Shown here in pieces: positions 9,568-18,666 of a stretch of 56,056 nucleotides of DNA. The DNA is taken from positions 1-56,056 of the forward strand of contig JBBRNJ010000061.1 in NCBI GenBank assembly GCA_038230375.1, read 5' to 3'. The notes under the pieces were generated by a model, which was not told where the DNA came from, did not search any database, and worked only from the letters and a program-made list of their open reading frames with translations. The position numbers were made by a program, and so were the translations under genes. This DNA comes from Polyangiales bacterium (GTDB lineage: Bacteria; Myxococcota_A; Polyangia; Polyangiales; Polyangiaceae). Positions within the stretch are counted from its first letter, which is position 1, and every line of letters starts with the position of its first letter.

Positions 9568-10497
9568 ATGTTTCGGTGGCGTAGAGGGTTGGCGCTGTTG
9601 CTGATCGCCGTTGCGGCCGTCGTGGCGTGCGCCCCTTTTGGCGGGTCCGACGCGCCGACTGCAGGCGACGCAGCGGTAGGTGACGCAGCCGCTGCCGCGT
9701 GCGTGCCGCCCACCTGCGGTGGCCCGTCGGGCCGTTGTGGCTCCGTCGACGCGTGCGGGCTCACCTTCTCGTGCGGAGACTGCGCGGCGCCCTTCGCATG
9801 CGTCAACGGAACGTGCAAATGCGCTGCGCCCGCGAAGTGCGACCAGCTCGGCGCAACGTGCGGCACGTTCGCCGACGGATGCGGTGACACGCTCGAATGC
9901 GGCGGCTGCGACGCGGGCGGGAGCTGCCAGTCGACGGCAGACGCAGGGTTCGCGTGCTCCAGCGCGCCCTGCGTAGCGAACGACACCGCAACGACCTGCA
10001 AGGGGCACTGCCAGACGGTGCCGAACAACTGCGCGAAATCGGTGCAATGCGGCGTCAGCTGCGGCGGCACGCAGATCTGCGGCGTGGGGGCAGCGACGTC
10101 GTGCGGCTGCCCACAGCGAACATTGACCCTCTTCGCGTTCCACGACCCCGGCAATAGTGGTTTTCACTGCTACGGCAGCTCCGCCCCCCAGTGCGCCAAC
10201 GAGCCGCTCGACGGCAAGGTCGGGACGATGCACAACCAGGCCTACGCGAACCTGGTCCCCCTCTCTCGCTGCCACGGCTCGAACGGCACGTTCCTGCTCA
10301 GCGCCACCGGGAACTGCAACGGCCTTGCCGGATACAGCTACGAGGGGGTCGTCGGCTTCTGCTCGCCCAATCCGGTGTGCAATTCTTTCCCTCTCGTCGT
10401 GTACATCAGCGCCAGCGGCGATCTCATCTACCTGCCTGCTGGCTCCGTGGTGAATGGATACACGGCGGTGGGAACGGTCTGTCACATCTGGCCGTGA
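9568..10497 (+). CDS. Cys-rich repeat lipoprotein with C-terminal DUF5648-like beta-trefoil repeats
   Basis: VVAC lipobox; repeats C..CG...D.CG....CG.C; C-terminus VPLSRC..FLLS..C.G..YEGVVGF..PLVVY..DLIY..GY..VG resembles DUF5648. Confidence 0.75.
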   Translation: MFRWRRGLALLLIAVAAVVACAPFGGSDAPTAGDAAVGDAAAAACVPPTCGGPSGRCGSVDACGLTFSCGDCAAPFACVNGTCKCAAPAKCDQLGATCGTFADGCGDTLECGGCDAGGSCQSTADAGFACSSAPCVANDTATTCKGHCQTVPNNCAKSVQCGVSCGGTQICGVGAATSCGCPQRTLTLFAFHDPGNSGFHCYGSSAPQCANEPLDGKVGTMHNQAYANLVPLSRCHGSNGTFLLSATGNCNGLAGYSYEGVVGFCSPNPVCNSFPLVVYISASGDLIYLPAGSVVNGYTAVGTVCHIWP

Positions 10498-10523
10498 CGC
10501 TGCTGTACGCGCGCCGCGCAGGC

Positions 10524-11635
10524 TCACGGACAGGCGGGCGTGCCCGCATCGGCGCACGGATCGGCAGGCGGCAACAGACTCACGCGCCCGCCGAACGCGG
10601 CCGGCACTGCTGTGAAGCGAATGCCGGCTGAGAGGCCCGCACAGGGCGCGTTTGCTTTCGGTCTTGCTCGGGCGTCCCGGCGATGTCCGCCGCGTTGCAC
10701 ACGGTGGAGACGAGCGTTCCGTACTCCTGCGTGTGGCAGATCGGGGTGCCTCCCGTGGTCACGGTGCGAAGCCGCCCGATGGCGTCGGCGACGGGCCAGC
10801 GTCCCACCGCGACCGCGTCCCTCAGGTGGAAGCCGCCGCTCTCCTTCGTGATGCGCGCGGTAACGGTGCCGCCCTGGAGGCTGAGGACGATCGAGTCGCT
10901 CACGCGCAGATGCGTGTCGAGCGCAACGACGAGGACGCCACCGGTGACGTAGCCCACCTGGGAGACCTTTGCCGGATACGTGTCCAGGTCGGCGACGAGA
11001 TCGTTCGTGTCCACGAGCCAGCGATCGGTCCCGTCGAACTTGGGAGGAGTGGGCTTGCCCATCCCGTCGACCGTTCCACCGCACGAGTACATGGAGACCG
11101 TGATCTCGGAGTCGTCGGGAGTGCCGTTGTAGCCTTGCACGCGGAGGACAAGGCCCTTGTTGCCGTTCTTGATGGACGACAGCGCCAGGCCCTGGATGTC
11201 GACGAGGAGCTTGGCCGAGTCGGCCAGGCCTGCCACGGCGTTGTCGCGTCCGTCGCCGAAGACGTCACAGTGTGCGTGGGCGGAGACGCAAGACTCGCCC
11301 TCCGGATGGCACGTGCACGTGACGTCGAGATCGTAGCCGGGCGGCGCGCCGCTGATGGTGCCGTTGCCGAAATCCAGATCGTCGACGGCCACGATGAAGT
11401 CGCTCATGGCGCCCCCCTGGAAGGTGGCAGGCGAAGGCGGCGGGACCGCGTGATTGCAGAGCGCGCCGTCGAGCGTGCCCGCATCGCCGACGCCGTTCGC
11501 CTGTTCGCTGCCGTCGGCGGGAGCCTTCGCGTCACTGGAGAACGTGTCGCCCGGTGTCGTGTAGCCGTTCGAGCACGCCCACACGGCGACCGCGGAGGCG
11601 ATCGCTGCAGCGGCGAAGACGAGCGCGCGAGCCAT
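10524..11635 (-). CDS. Myxobacterial hypothetical lipoprotein, frame-broken near the C-terminus
   Basis: VWAC lipobox, GYDLD..CTC, DGRDNA. The zero frame stops at 10580 with a junk-like tail; the -1 frame from about 10655 gives NAPCAGLSAGIRFTAVPAAFG..CADAGTPACP to a stop at 10524. Start ATG 11635 is supported by TACGAT 7 nt upstream. Confidence 0.7.
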
Positions 11636-11733
11636 TCCCTTCATCGTACACCGCACGGCGAACCGTGCAGGTAGAACCTGAAAGTGATGCTCACCCTTGC
11701 GCGGTGGGGGCCGCGAATGCGAATTTATTTCGG

Positions 11734-13716
11734 ATGACAGCGCAAGACGACACGCAAGGAACCGACCTCGGCGCCTGGGACGCCTTCGAGGCCCTTCCGA
11801 TCCAGGTGTGGACGGCGCGCCCAGACGGAGTCCTCGACTACATCAGCCAGCGAACGGCGGCCTACTACGGTCTTCCCTCCGAGACGCTGCTCCTTTCGGG
11901 GTGGCAGAGCGTGGTGCATCCATCCGATCTGCCAGAGGCCACGAAGACGTGGACCAGATCCCTCGAGACGGGCGAGCCCTATTTCGTCGAGTTCCGTCTG
12001 AGGCGCGACGATGGCGCATACCTCTGGCACACGGCGACCGCTATTCCGCTGCGCGATCAGGCGGGTCATATCACCCGGTGGGTCGGCAGCTGCAACGACA
12101 TCTCGGCGCACAAGGCAGCCGAGGAAAACCTGCTGGCAGAGCGTCAGCGCTACCTCGATCTCGTCAACTCGACGGAAGGGATCGTCTGGGAGGCCGACGC
12201 GGTCACGCTGGCGTTCACGTTCGTGAGCGAGCGCGCCCAACGGCTGCTCGGATACCCCACGGCGCGGTGGCTCGAGCCCAACTTCTGGGTCGACCATCTG
12301 CATCCGGATGACAGGGACGCGGCCGTACAAGGCTGCAAGGCCTCCACCGAGGCGATGGAACCGCACCAGCTCGACTACCGAATGATCGCCGCCGACGGGC
12401 GCGTGGTGTGGCTCGAGGACCGCGTCAGTGTGTTGGTCGAGGGCGGCGTCGCGATCCTCCTTCGCGGCGTCCTGGTCGACATCACCGAGCGCAAGGTTGC
12501 GGAGGCGTCAAAGCAGGCGCTCATGGAGCAGGTACGCGAGTCACAGAAGATGCAGTCCCTTGGCGCGCTGGCCGGCGGCATCGCGCATGACTTCAACAAT
12601 CTGCTCGGCGCCATCCGAGGGAACGTCGACCTTGCGCATGAGTCGCTGGGCGACGTTGACACAGTCAAAGAGTGCCTCACCGAGGTTGGGTCAGCGGTAC
12701 ATCGCGCCAGCGAGCTCGTGCAGCAGATCCTCACCTTCAGTCGCAAGAAGGCCCCGGAGCTTCGCCTCGTTGACCTTGGTGCCGTGGTGGAAGAAGCAGC
12801 GCGATTCCTGCGAGCCTCGGCTCCTCCGGGGACCGAGCTCGAGGTGATCACGGACCCCAGCACACCCGCGGTGAACGCGGACGCCACGCAGCTCCATCAG
12901 ATCGTCATGAACCTCGGCGCCAACGCGTGGCGCGCGCTTCGAGACGCAGGGCTGCGCGAAGGATGCAGAGGACGCATCCTGGTGGAGGTCGAGAAGGTCG
13001 AGCTCGACGCTGGGGAGGCGCGTGAGCTCTCCGCGGACCTCCCCGAAGGTACCTACGCGTGCCTTTCCATCAGCGACAACGGCGTGGGCATGGACGACGA
13101 GACGCGCGCTCGTATCTTCGAGCCGTTCTTCACGACGCGGTCGGGTGGCGATGGGACGGGGCTCGGGCTCGCGGTCGTTCACGGCATCGTCGCTGCCCAT
13201 CGCGGGGCCATCAACGTTGGAAGCAAGGTTTCCGAGGGCAGCGTGTTCCGAATCTACATCCCGGAGGCAACGGAGCCGCTGCCCAGCAAGAGGAGACCGT
13301 CGGTCGGCCTACGGCATTCCCCGCACGGCTCGGATTCCCGCGGCCACGTACTCCTGGTGGATGATGAGCCCCAGATTGTTCGGTTCACCACGCGCGCCCT
13401 CGAACTTCATGGCTTTCGGGTGACGGCTCATACGGACCCGCGCGCGGCGCGAGATGCGCTGAGATCGGCGCCCGACTCCATCGATCTGCTCATCACCGAC
13501 GTAACAATGCCGCACGTCTCGGGTCTCGAGCTTGCCCAGGATGCGATCGCGCAGAGGCCAGATTTACCGGTCATCCTCGTGACCGGTGCGTTGACCAGCG
13601 AAGTCGCGCGGCAGGCACGGACGATCGGCATCACACGGGTGCTGCAGAAGCCCATCGCGATCCAGGAGCTCCGCGCCCTGGTGAGCGAGGTCCTCGCTGA
13701 GCGCCGCACGACATGA
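11734..13716 (+). CDS. Hybrid sensor histidine kinase (PAS-PAS-HisKA-HATPase-REC)
   Basis: Two PAS/PAC domains (VHPSD, LHPDD), LAGGIAHDFNNLL H-box, QIVMNL..NA, DNGVGM, IFEPFFTT, GTGLGL, receiver LLVDDE..ITDVTMP..KP. Confidence 0.95.
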   Translation: MTAQDDTQGTDLGAWDAFEALPIQVWTARPDGVLDYISQRTAAYYGLPSETLLLSGWQSVVHPSDLPEATKTWTRSLETGEPYFVEFRLRRDDGAYLWHTATAIPLRDQAGHITRWVGSCNDISAHKAAEENLLAERQRYLDLVNSTEGIVWEADAVTLAFTFVSERAQRLLGYPTARWLEPNFWVDHLHPDDRDAAVQGCKASTEAMEPHQLDYRMIAADGRVVWLEDRVSVLVEGGVAILLRGVLVDITERKVAEASKQALMEQVRESQKMQSLGALAGGIAHDFNNLLGAIRGNVDLAHESLGDVDTVKECLTEVGSAVHRASELVQQILTFSRKKAPELRLVDLGAVVEEAARFLRASAPPGTELEVITDPSTPAVNADATQLHQIVMNLGANAWRALRDAGLREGCRGRILVEVEKVELDAGEARELSADLPEGTYACLSISDNGVGMDDETRARIFEPFFTTRSGGDGTGLGLAVVHGIVAAHRGAINVGSKVSEGSVFRIYIPEATEPLPSKRRPSVGLRHSPHGSDSRGHVLLVDDEPQIVRFTTRALELHGFRVTAHTDPRAARDALRSAPDSIDLLITDVTMPHVSGLELAQDAIAQRPDLPVILVTGALTSEVARQARTIGITRVLQKPIAIQELRALVSEVLAERRTT

Positions 13717-13754
13717 CGTCGTGGCGCTCGCCCGGTTGAGTCGCGCTCTCGCTG

Positions 13755-14015
13755 TCAGCGCTGCTTCGCGTGGCAGTCGAACGTGACGGTCATGTACATG
13801 GGCTCGTGGCCGCTCGCGCCGCAGAGATCGGCAAAATGTACGTTCGTGAGCAGCGCATGTCGCGCTTCACACGTTCGCTCCGCCTTCGTCCGCAGCGCCT
13901 CCTGCGTGGAGCAAGCGGACGCCGTCTCGCTGCCCAACGCAGACGCGTTGCGGGTCACGCACGCAACGCCGACGGCGAGCGCGAACACCACTGCCACGGT
14001 CAGCCAGCTCCGCAT
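13755..14015 (-). CDS. Small secreted Cys-containing protein
   Basis: GGAGG SD, signal peptide MRSWLTVAVVFALAVGVAC..ASA, 4 further Cys in the mature part. Confidence 0.7.
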   Translation of the reverse strand: MRSWLTVAVVFALAVGVACVTRNASALGSETASACSTQEALRTKAERTCEARHALLTNVHFADLCGASGHEPMYMTVTFDCHAKQR

Positions 14016-14088
14016 GAAAGCCTCCACCCGGATCGTGAGGATCCTGCTTCCCTTAACGGCAGCATGCGGAAGACTTGAGGACCACGTC

Positions 14089-17000
14089 TCAGATCTTGGG
14101 ATCGCCCTTCGGAGGCTCCGGTGGTGACGGGATGGGATCCGGCGCTGCGGGCGGCGGCTCCAGCGGAGGCCCCTGCATGGGAGGCCCCTGCATGGGAGGT
14201 CCCTGCATGGGCGCAACGTGTGCAGGCGGCTGCATCGGCTGCACCGGGTAGCGGTAAGGCGCGGGCTGCTGCGGAGGCGGCGCTACCCACGGCGGCGCCT
14301 TCTTCCACGCAGTGCCCTTCGAGAAGGCGCCCCAGCCCCACCTGAGCCAGCGCACGAGCGCGAGGGCGATGAAGAGCGACCACACGAGCATCGCGCCTCG
14401 GTAGAACAGCAGCGGCACCGAGATCATCCACGGGGACGGAAGCACGCCGGTGCTGCGATCCGCGAACCAGCGCAGCGTGGACGAGCCGGAGCCGTTGCCG
14501 CGCACCTGCATGTCCGGCGCGCCGAGCAGTCCCTGGTAGATCGAGACGCCGAGGATCCCGAGTGCCGTGAAGGTCAGCGCGATCAGCGCGAGCTGTCGGA
14601 AGTTGAACGCGACGTGCCCCAGCTCCGTTCCCTCGTTGCGTGCGCGCCACCCGAGCGCGAGCAGCCACGCCACGAAGACCGCCGCGAGCGCCACGTGCAC
14701 CTGCGAGAGCCCGACACCCAGCAAGAGCCAGTGTCCGAAGCGGAGCGGCGTCCATCGATTGCGGCCAAGCGCTAACGAGACGGCGAACAGGACGAGCAGC
14801 AGGCTCCAGAAGAGCACGGCCGGACCGACGCGCGGCCCGAACGCGAAGAGCAGCCAGCGCTCACCCGATACCTGCATCGTCGTCGTCGCGTTGACGCTTG
14901 GCGCGCCGAGATCCACGGAAGACGCGCCGAACATCGTCGAGATGCCGCGCGGCTCTCGCCACGTGAGGACGACGCTCTCCGCTCCAGGCGTGACCGGCAC
15001 CGTCACGTTGCGTCCCTGCTGGCGAATCGGCTGGGTGGCACCGTTGATCGAGAGCGACTCCAGCTCCGCGCCGTCCGGCAGCGAAATGGAGTGCTCCGCG
15101 CCGCGGCTCGAGCGCACGCTCAGCGTGAGCGTGACATCCGTCGCGCGGAGGCCTGGCCTCACATCCATCGTGGCGCCGTCGATGGTGAGCGTCTGACCCG
15201 TGACACCGTTGGGCCGCGTGAGCTCGATCTTCTCCGTCTCCCCCGGCCACGGCCGGAACGTGGGCGTGCGGATGTCGCTCTCCGGCTCGGTGTGGACCAT
15301 GGGGATGCCCGCGTAGCTCGCATGCCAGACGGGTCCCACGTCGACGCGCCATACCTCGCCCCATGACGGTGACTTCCCCGCAGTGAGAACGACCGGAGAC
15401 TTCTGCTCCAGGACGGAGTGCCACGTCACATCGACCGCCTGCGGTCCCATGTTCACGAGCGCCTTGCCTGCGACGACGCGCACGTCTGCCGTGGTGACGT
15501 TCTCGCCTGGCAGGAGCGGGACCTCGAGCACCACCGCGGTGCCCTTCGGGCTCACGCGAACGACGTGCGTGTCCATCTGCCAGTTCAGGCCGATCTGCAG
15601 CGTGCGTTCCACGCGCACGAACGGCGGAAGCGCGCCAGGCTGCAGCGAGCCCGATGGCGCGCCGGGAGCGGCAGCGACGACGCGTGTAAACTGCAAGTTG
15701 TCGTCGGCCAGGCCATCCTCGTGGAGGCCCTCCACGGAGTAGCCCTCCATGATGGCCTTCTCCACGTGGTGCGGCTTCAGCGGCAGCGCGACCTGGAACG
15801 ACTCGCGCGCAGGCACGGGCCCGCGCACCGTCACCTGGTGACTCCCCTCGGCGAGCTCGAGCCAGAGCGTTCCGTCGCCGAGCCGGAGCAGCCCGGCCGC
15901 CGGTTTTCCATCGACGAGGACCTCCGCCGGCGTCCACTCCGCGCTGGAGCCCGGGATGGGGACGGCCGTGCTCGCCTTCGCGTCAATGGACATGAGCAGC
16001 GTGAGCACGGAGCCGCGCACCTCGATCGCCATCCGGCCAGCCGCCGCGCAGCTGGGCGTGCATTCCGGCTTTCGGAGCAAGCGATCGCGCAGCTCGTCGA
16101 GCGTCTCCTTGCTCGGCGTGGCCTGCGCGTGCGCGAGCCCTGGCGACATGACGATGCACACGAGGAGCGCCGCCGCGATCGCCGCGGCCCGAGGGCCTTC
16201 GCCCCACGACCCGGGGAAGAAGCGCCGCGTCCAGGGGAAGAAGCGGAGCACCAGCACGAACGCGAGGAGCGCGCGCACGAATGCGAGCACGAGGTTCATG
16301 GAAGGCGAGAGCAGATAGAGATGAACCCGCTGCGCCGCGGAGACCGGCCCACTCCACGAGAGGCTCAGCGTCTGCCAGTTCCAGCGCGGCAAGCCTGGGC
16401 CCGTCTGCACGATCGCCGTGGGATCGTAGACCGCCGCGTTCGAGTTGAACCGGACGTCGGACTGCGAGACGCTACCCGAGCCGCTCCAGCCGGATGGACG
16501 CTTGTAGGACTTTCCGACCTTGTCCTCATCCTTCGAGAGCTCGCGACGTCGCGTATCCTCCAACTGCTGCGACACATCCGCAGGCCTTTCGACAGACGGC
16601 GCGTCCGTCGCGGCCTGCCCCCCGAGCGCGCTCTGCGGTGTGGTGTTCGGGGCCACCTTGGGCACCACCGGTCCATTCTGCGGCGGCGGAGGGGCTGCGG
16701 GCGAGACGTCGCCGCGGACGAAGCCGAGCGACTCGCTGCCGTCTTGATCGACCTCACCGTTGCCGACCACCGCGTCTGGCTGCGAGAGGGTCGGGTACAT
16801 GCCGACGCGGATCTGACCGATGGCGAACGGGATGGCGATCAGCGCAACGAGCACCATGGCCCCGGTTCGCGCATGACCGAAGACGTCCTTCACCCTGCCC
16901 TTTGGCACCACCAGGAACACGGCCTCGAGCGCGAGCGCGACGAGCCACGTCCACTTCGGCGCGCCGTCTTCTGGAAACGTGAGCCCGAAGAGGACGAGCG

Positions 17001-18534
17001 ACGCGATGCCCCAACGCACGCCATGCACGCGCGCAAAGCCCACCGCGAGCACCAGCGCGAGGAACAGCTCCAGCAGTGACCAGTGCCTCACCCAGGTGCC
17101 GGGCACGTCATCGACGCCGCTCGCATGCAAGAGCCGCCAGCCCGGCGGGAGGTGTAGCGTGCCGCTCACCTGGTGGAAGTCGTGCGCCCAGCTCACCGCC
17201 GGGATGTCGCTCGGATCGCCGGGAATTCGGCTGTCGGCGTTCACGGTCAGGTGCCCCTGCCGAACCTCCACGCCGGTCTGCGACGCGTCGCCCAGGTGCG
17301 TGATGAACTGATCCTTGCCGCTGATGGACACGCGTCCAAGGAGCGTTTGCGGCGCCATGGTCAGGCGTGAGTCGCGGTTCAACGTTCCCGTGAGCGTGTC
17401 GCTCACGGTATAGCCGGTACCGTCGAAGTCGAGCCAGAGCGACCGTGAGAGCGCTAGCTGGTTCGGCGGAGGATCCGCGTCTCCCCTTCGCTTCTCGGTG
17501 AGCGTGAGCGCGTCGGTGAGCTTCATGGGATAGGCCGGCAATCGCTTCCACGCCTCCGGCAGCGTGGTCTGCTGCGGATCGAGCGACGAGACCCCGTCCA
17601 CGGTCACGATGCGGTAGTCGTTCTTCGCCTCGAAGACCCAGACCTCCTCGCCCACGCGCCACAGGCCATCCGGCGCAGGTCGCTTGAACGTGTTCGCGGG
17701 TCCCTCGCTCCGCGCCGTGATCTCGATGACGAAGATCCCGGGGCGCACCTGGGTGCGCACGTGCCCATCGGGCTCCAGACGCGCGGGCAGCCCGCTGTCG
17801 AGCGAGAGGGGCACGAAGCCCGGCGGGAGCGCCCTTCCCAGGAGCTCTTCGCGGTTCTTGCCGGACACATGGAGCTCGATCCGCGTCACCAGCATCGCGG
17901 GGATGTCGTCGGACAGCTTTCGATGAACGACGAACTCGAGCGCATCGCCCTCTTCCTTCGTGGCCGCCTTCTGCAACCAGAGCGTGCCCTGCGCATCGCG
18001 GTTCGGCGCAGCGATCGCGGCGCCGCGCATGGAGAGCGACAGGAGCGCAGTCTCCGGCGGCACGTGGATCGACTCGGGCAGCGAGTCCCACGCGAAGCTG
18101 CCGGAGACGGTCCGTTCGCCGGGTAGGAGCTCCACGCTCGGCGCGCCGTTGTGAGAGACGACGATCGCGCGTGCGTTCTCGATCTTCACGTCGATCGGCC
18201 ATCGCTTGTCGTCGCCAGGAAGCGGTACCCACGTGCGGACGTCGATGCGCCATTTCTGAACGAAGCGGCCGCCGTGATCGTCGAGCTTCAGATCGATCTG
18301 AGAAGGCCACGCGCACCGGAACACGTCGGCCTTGCCGTGGAAGGTCGGACACAGCGCGTCCTCCTTGCCGTCCGTGGCCCACGCAGTCCATGGCTTCAGG
18401 GGCTCGGGTACCGCGCCTGGCGCGAGCGGAGTCGCCGCGAACGCCGCGCTGCTTCCCGCGGATGCGAAGAGCAGAGCCGCGAAGAAAATGAAAACGAGTG
18501 ACGCCACGACCTTCGATGACCCCGGTACGCGCAT
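14089..18534 (-). CDS. Large (1481 aa) internally duplicated membrane protein of unknown function
   Basis: Signal peptide, two large beta-rich extracytoplasmic regions each followed by a multi-TM bundle, Pro-rich tail; strong GC3 bias. Confidence 0.88.
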   Translation of the reverse strand: MRVPGSSKVVASLVFIFFAALLFASAGSSAAFAATPLAPGAVPEPLKPWTAWATDGKEDALCPTFHGKADVFRCAWPSQIDLKLDDHGGRFVQKWRIDVRTWVPLPGDDKRWPIDVKIENARAIVVSHNGAPSVELLPGERTVSGSFAWDSLPESIHVPPETALLSLSMRGAAIAAPNRDAQGTLWLQKAATKEEGDALEFVVHRKLSDDIPAMLVTRIELHVSGKNREELLGRALPPGFVPLSLDSGLPARLEPDGHVRTQVRPGIFVIEITARSEGPANTFKRPAPDGLWRVGEEVWVFEAKNDYRIVTVDGVSSLDPQQTTLPEAWKRLPAYPMKLTDALTLTEKRRGDADPPPNQLALSRSLWLDFDGTGYTVSDTLTGTLNRDSRLTMAPQTLLGRVSISGKDQFITHLGDASQTGVEVRQGHLTVNADSRIPGDPSDIPAVSWAHDFHQVSGTLHLPPGWRLLHASGVDDVPGTWVRHWSLLELFLALVLAVGFARVHGVRWGIASLVLFGLTFPEDGAPKWTWLVALALEAVFLVVPKGRVKDVFGHARTGAMVLVALIAIPFAIGQIRVGMYPTLSQPDAVVGNGEVDQDGSESLGFVRGDVSPAAPPPPQNGPVVPKVAPNTTPQSALGGQAATDAPSVERPADVSQQLEDTRRRELSKDEDKVGKSYKRPSGWSGSGSVSQSDVRFNSNAAVYDPTAIVQTGPGLPRWNWQTLSLSWSGPVSAAQRVHLYLLSPSMNLVLAFVRALLAFVLVLRFFPWTRRFFPGSWGEGPRAAAIAAALLVCIVMSPGLAHAQATPSKETLDELRDRLLRKPECTPSCAAAGRMAIEVRGSVLTLLMSIDAKASTAVPIPGSSAEWTPAEVLVDGKPAAGLLRLGDGTLWLELAEGSHQVTVRGPVPARESFQVALPLKPHHVEKAIMEGYSVEGLHEDGLADDNLQFTRVVAAAPGAPSGSLQPGALPPFVRVERTLQIGLNWQMDTHVVRVSPKGTAVVLEVPLLPGENVTTADVRVVAGKALVNMGPQAVDVTWHSVLEQKSPVVLTAGKSPSWGEVWRVDVGPVWHASYAGIPMVHTEPESDIRTPTFRPWPGETEKIELTRPNGVTGQTLTIDGATMDVRPGLRATDVTLTLSVRSSRGAEHSISLPDGAELESLSINGATQPIRQQGRNVTVPVTPGAESVVLTWREPRGISTMFGASSVDLGAPSVNATTTMQVSGERWLLFAFGPRVGPAVLFWSLLLVLFAVSLALGRNRWTPLRFGHWLLLGVGLSQVHVALAAVFVAWLLALGWRARNEGTELGHVAFNFRQLALIALTFTALGILGVSIYQGLLGAPDMQVRGNGSGSSTLRWFADRSTGVLPSPWMISVPLLFYRGAMLVWSLFIALALVRWLRWGWGAFSKGTAWKKAPPWVAPPPQQPAPYRYPVQPMQPPAHVAPMQGPPMQGPPMQGPPLEPPPAAPDPIPSPPEPPKGDPKI
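14165..14209. repeat. 3 x 15-bp coding tandem repeat (MQGPP units on minus strand)
   Basis: GGAGGCCCCTGCATG x2 then GGAGGTCCCTGCATG. Confidence 0.9.
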
Positions 18535-18666
18535 GCGCCAGAGGCTACATCAAAGCGTGATTCCAGCCATGCGCGTCAGCCGCGCGCCTCCGTATCGTGC
18601 GCGTGTCCGCCTGATGTCGCTCGCCGTTTTTGATGCTCCTGGCCCGTGGTACGATCCAGGTCCTCT

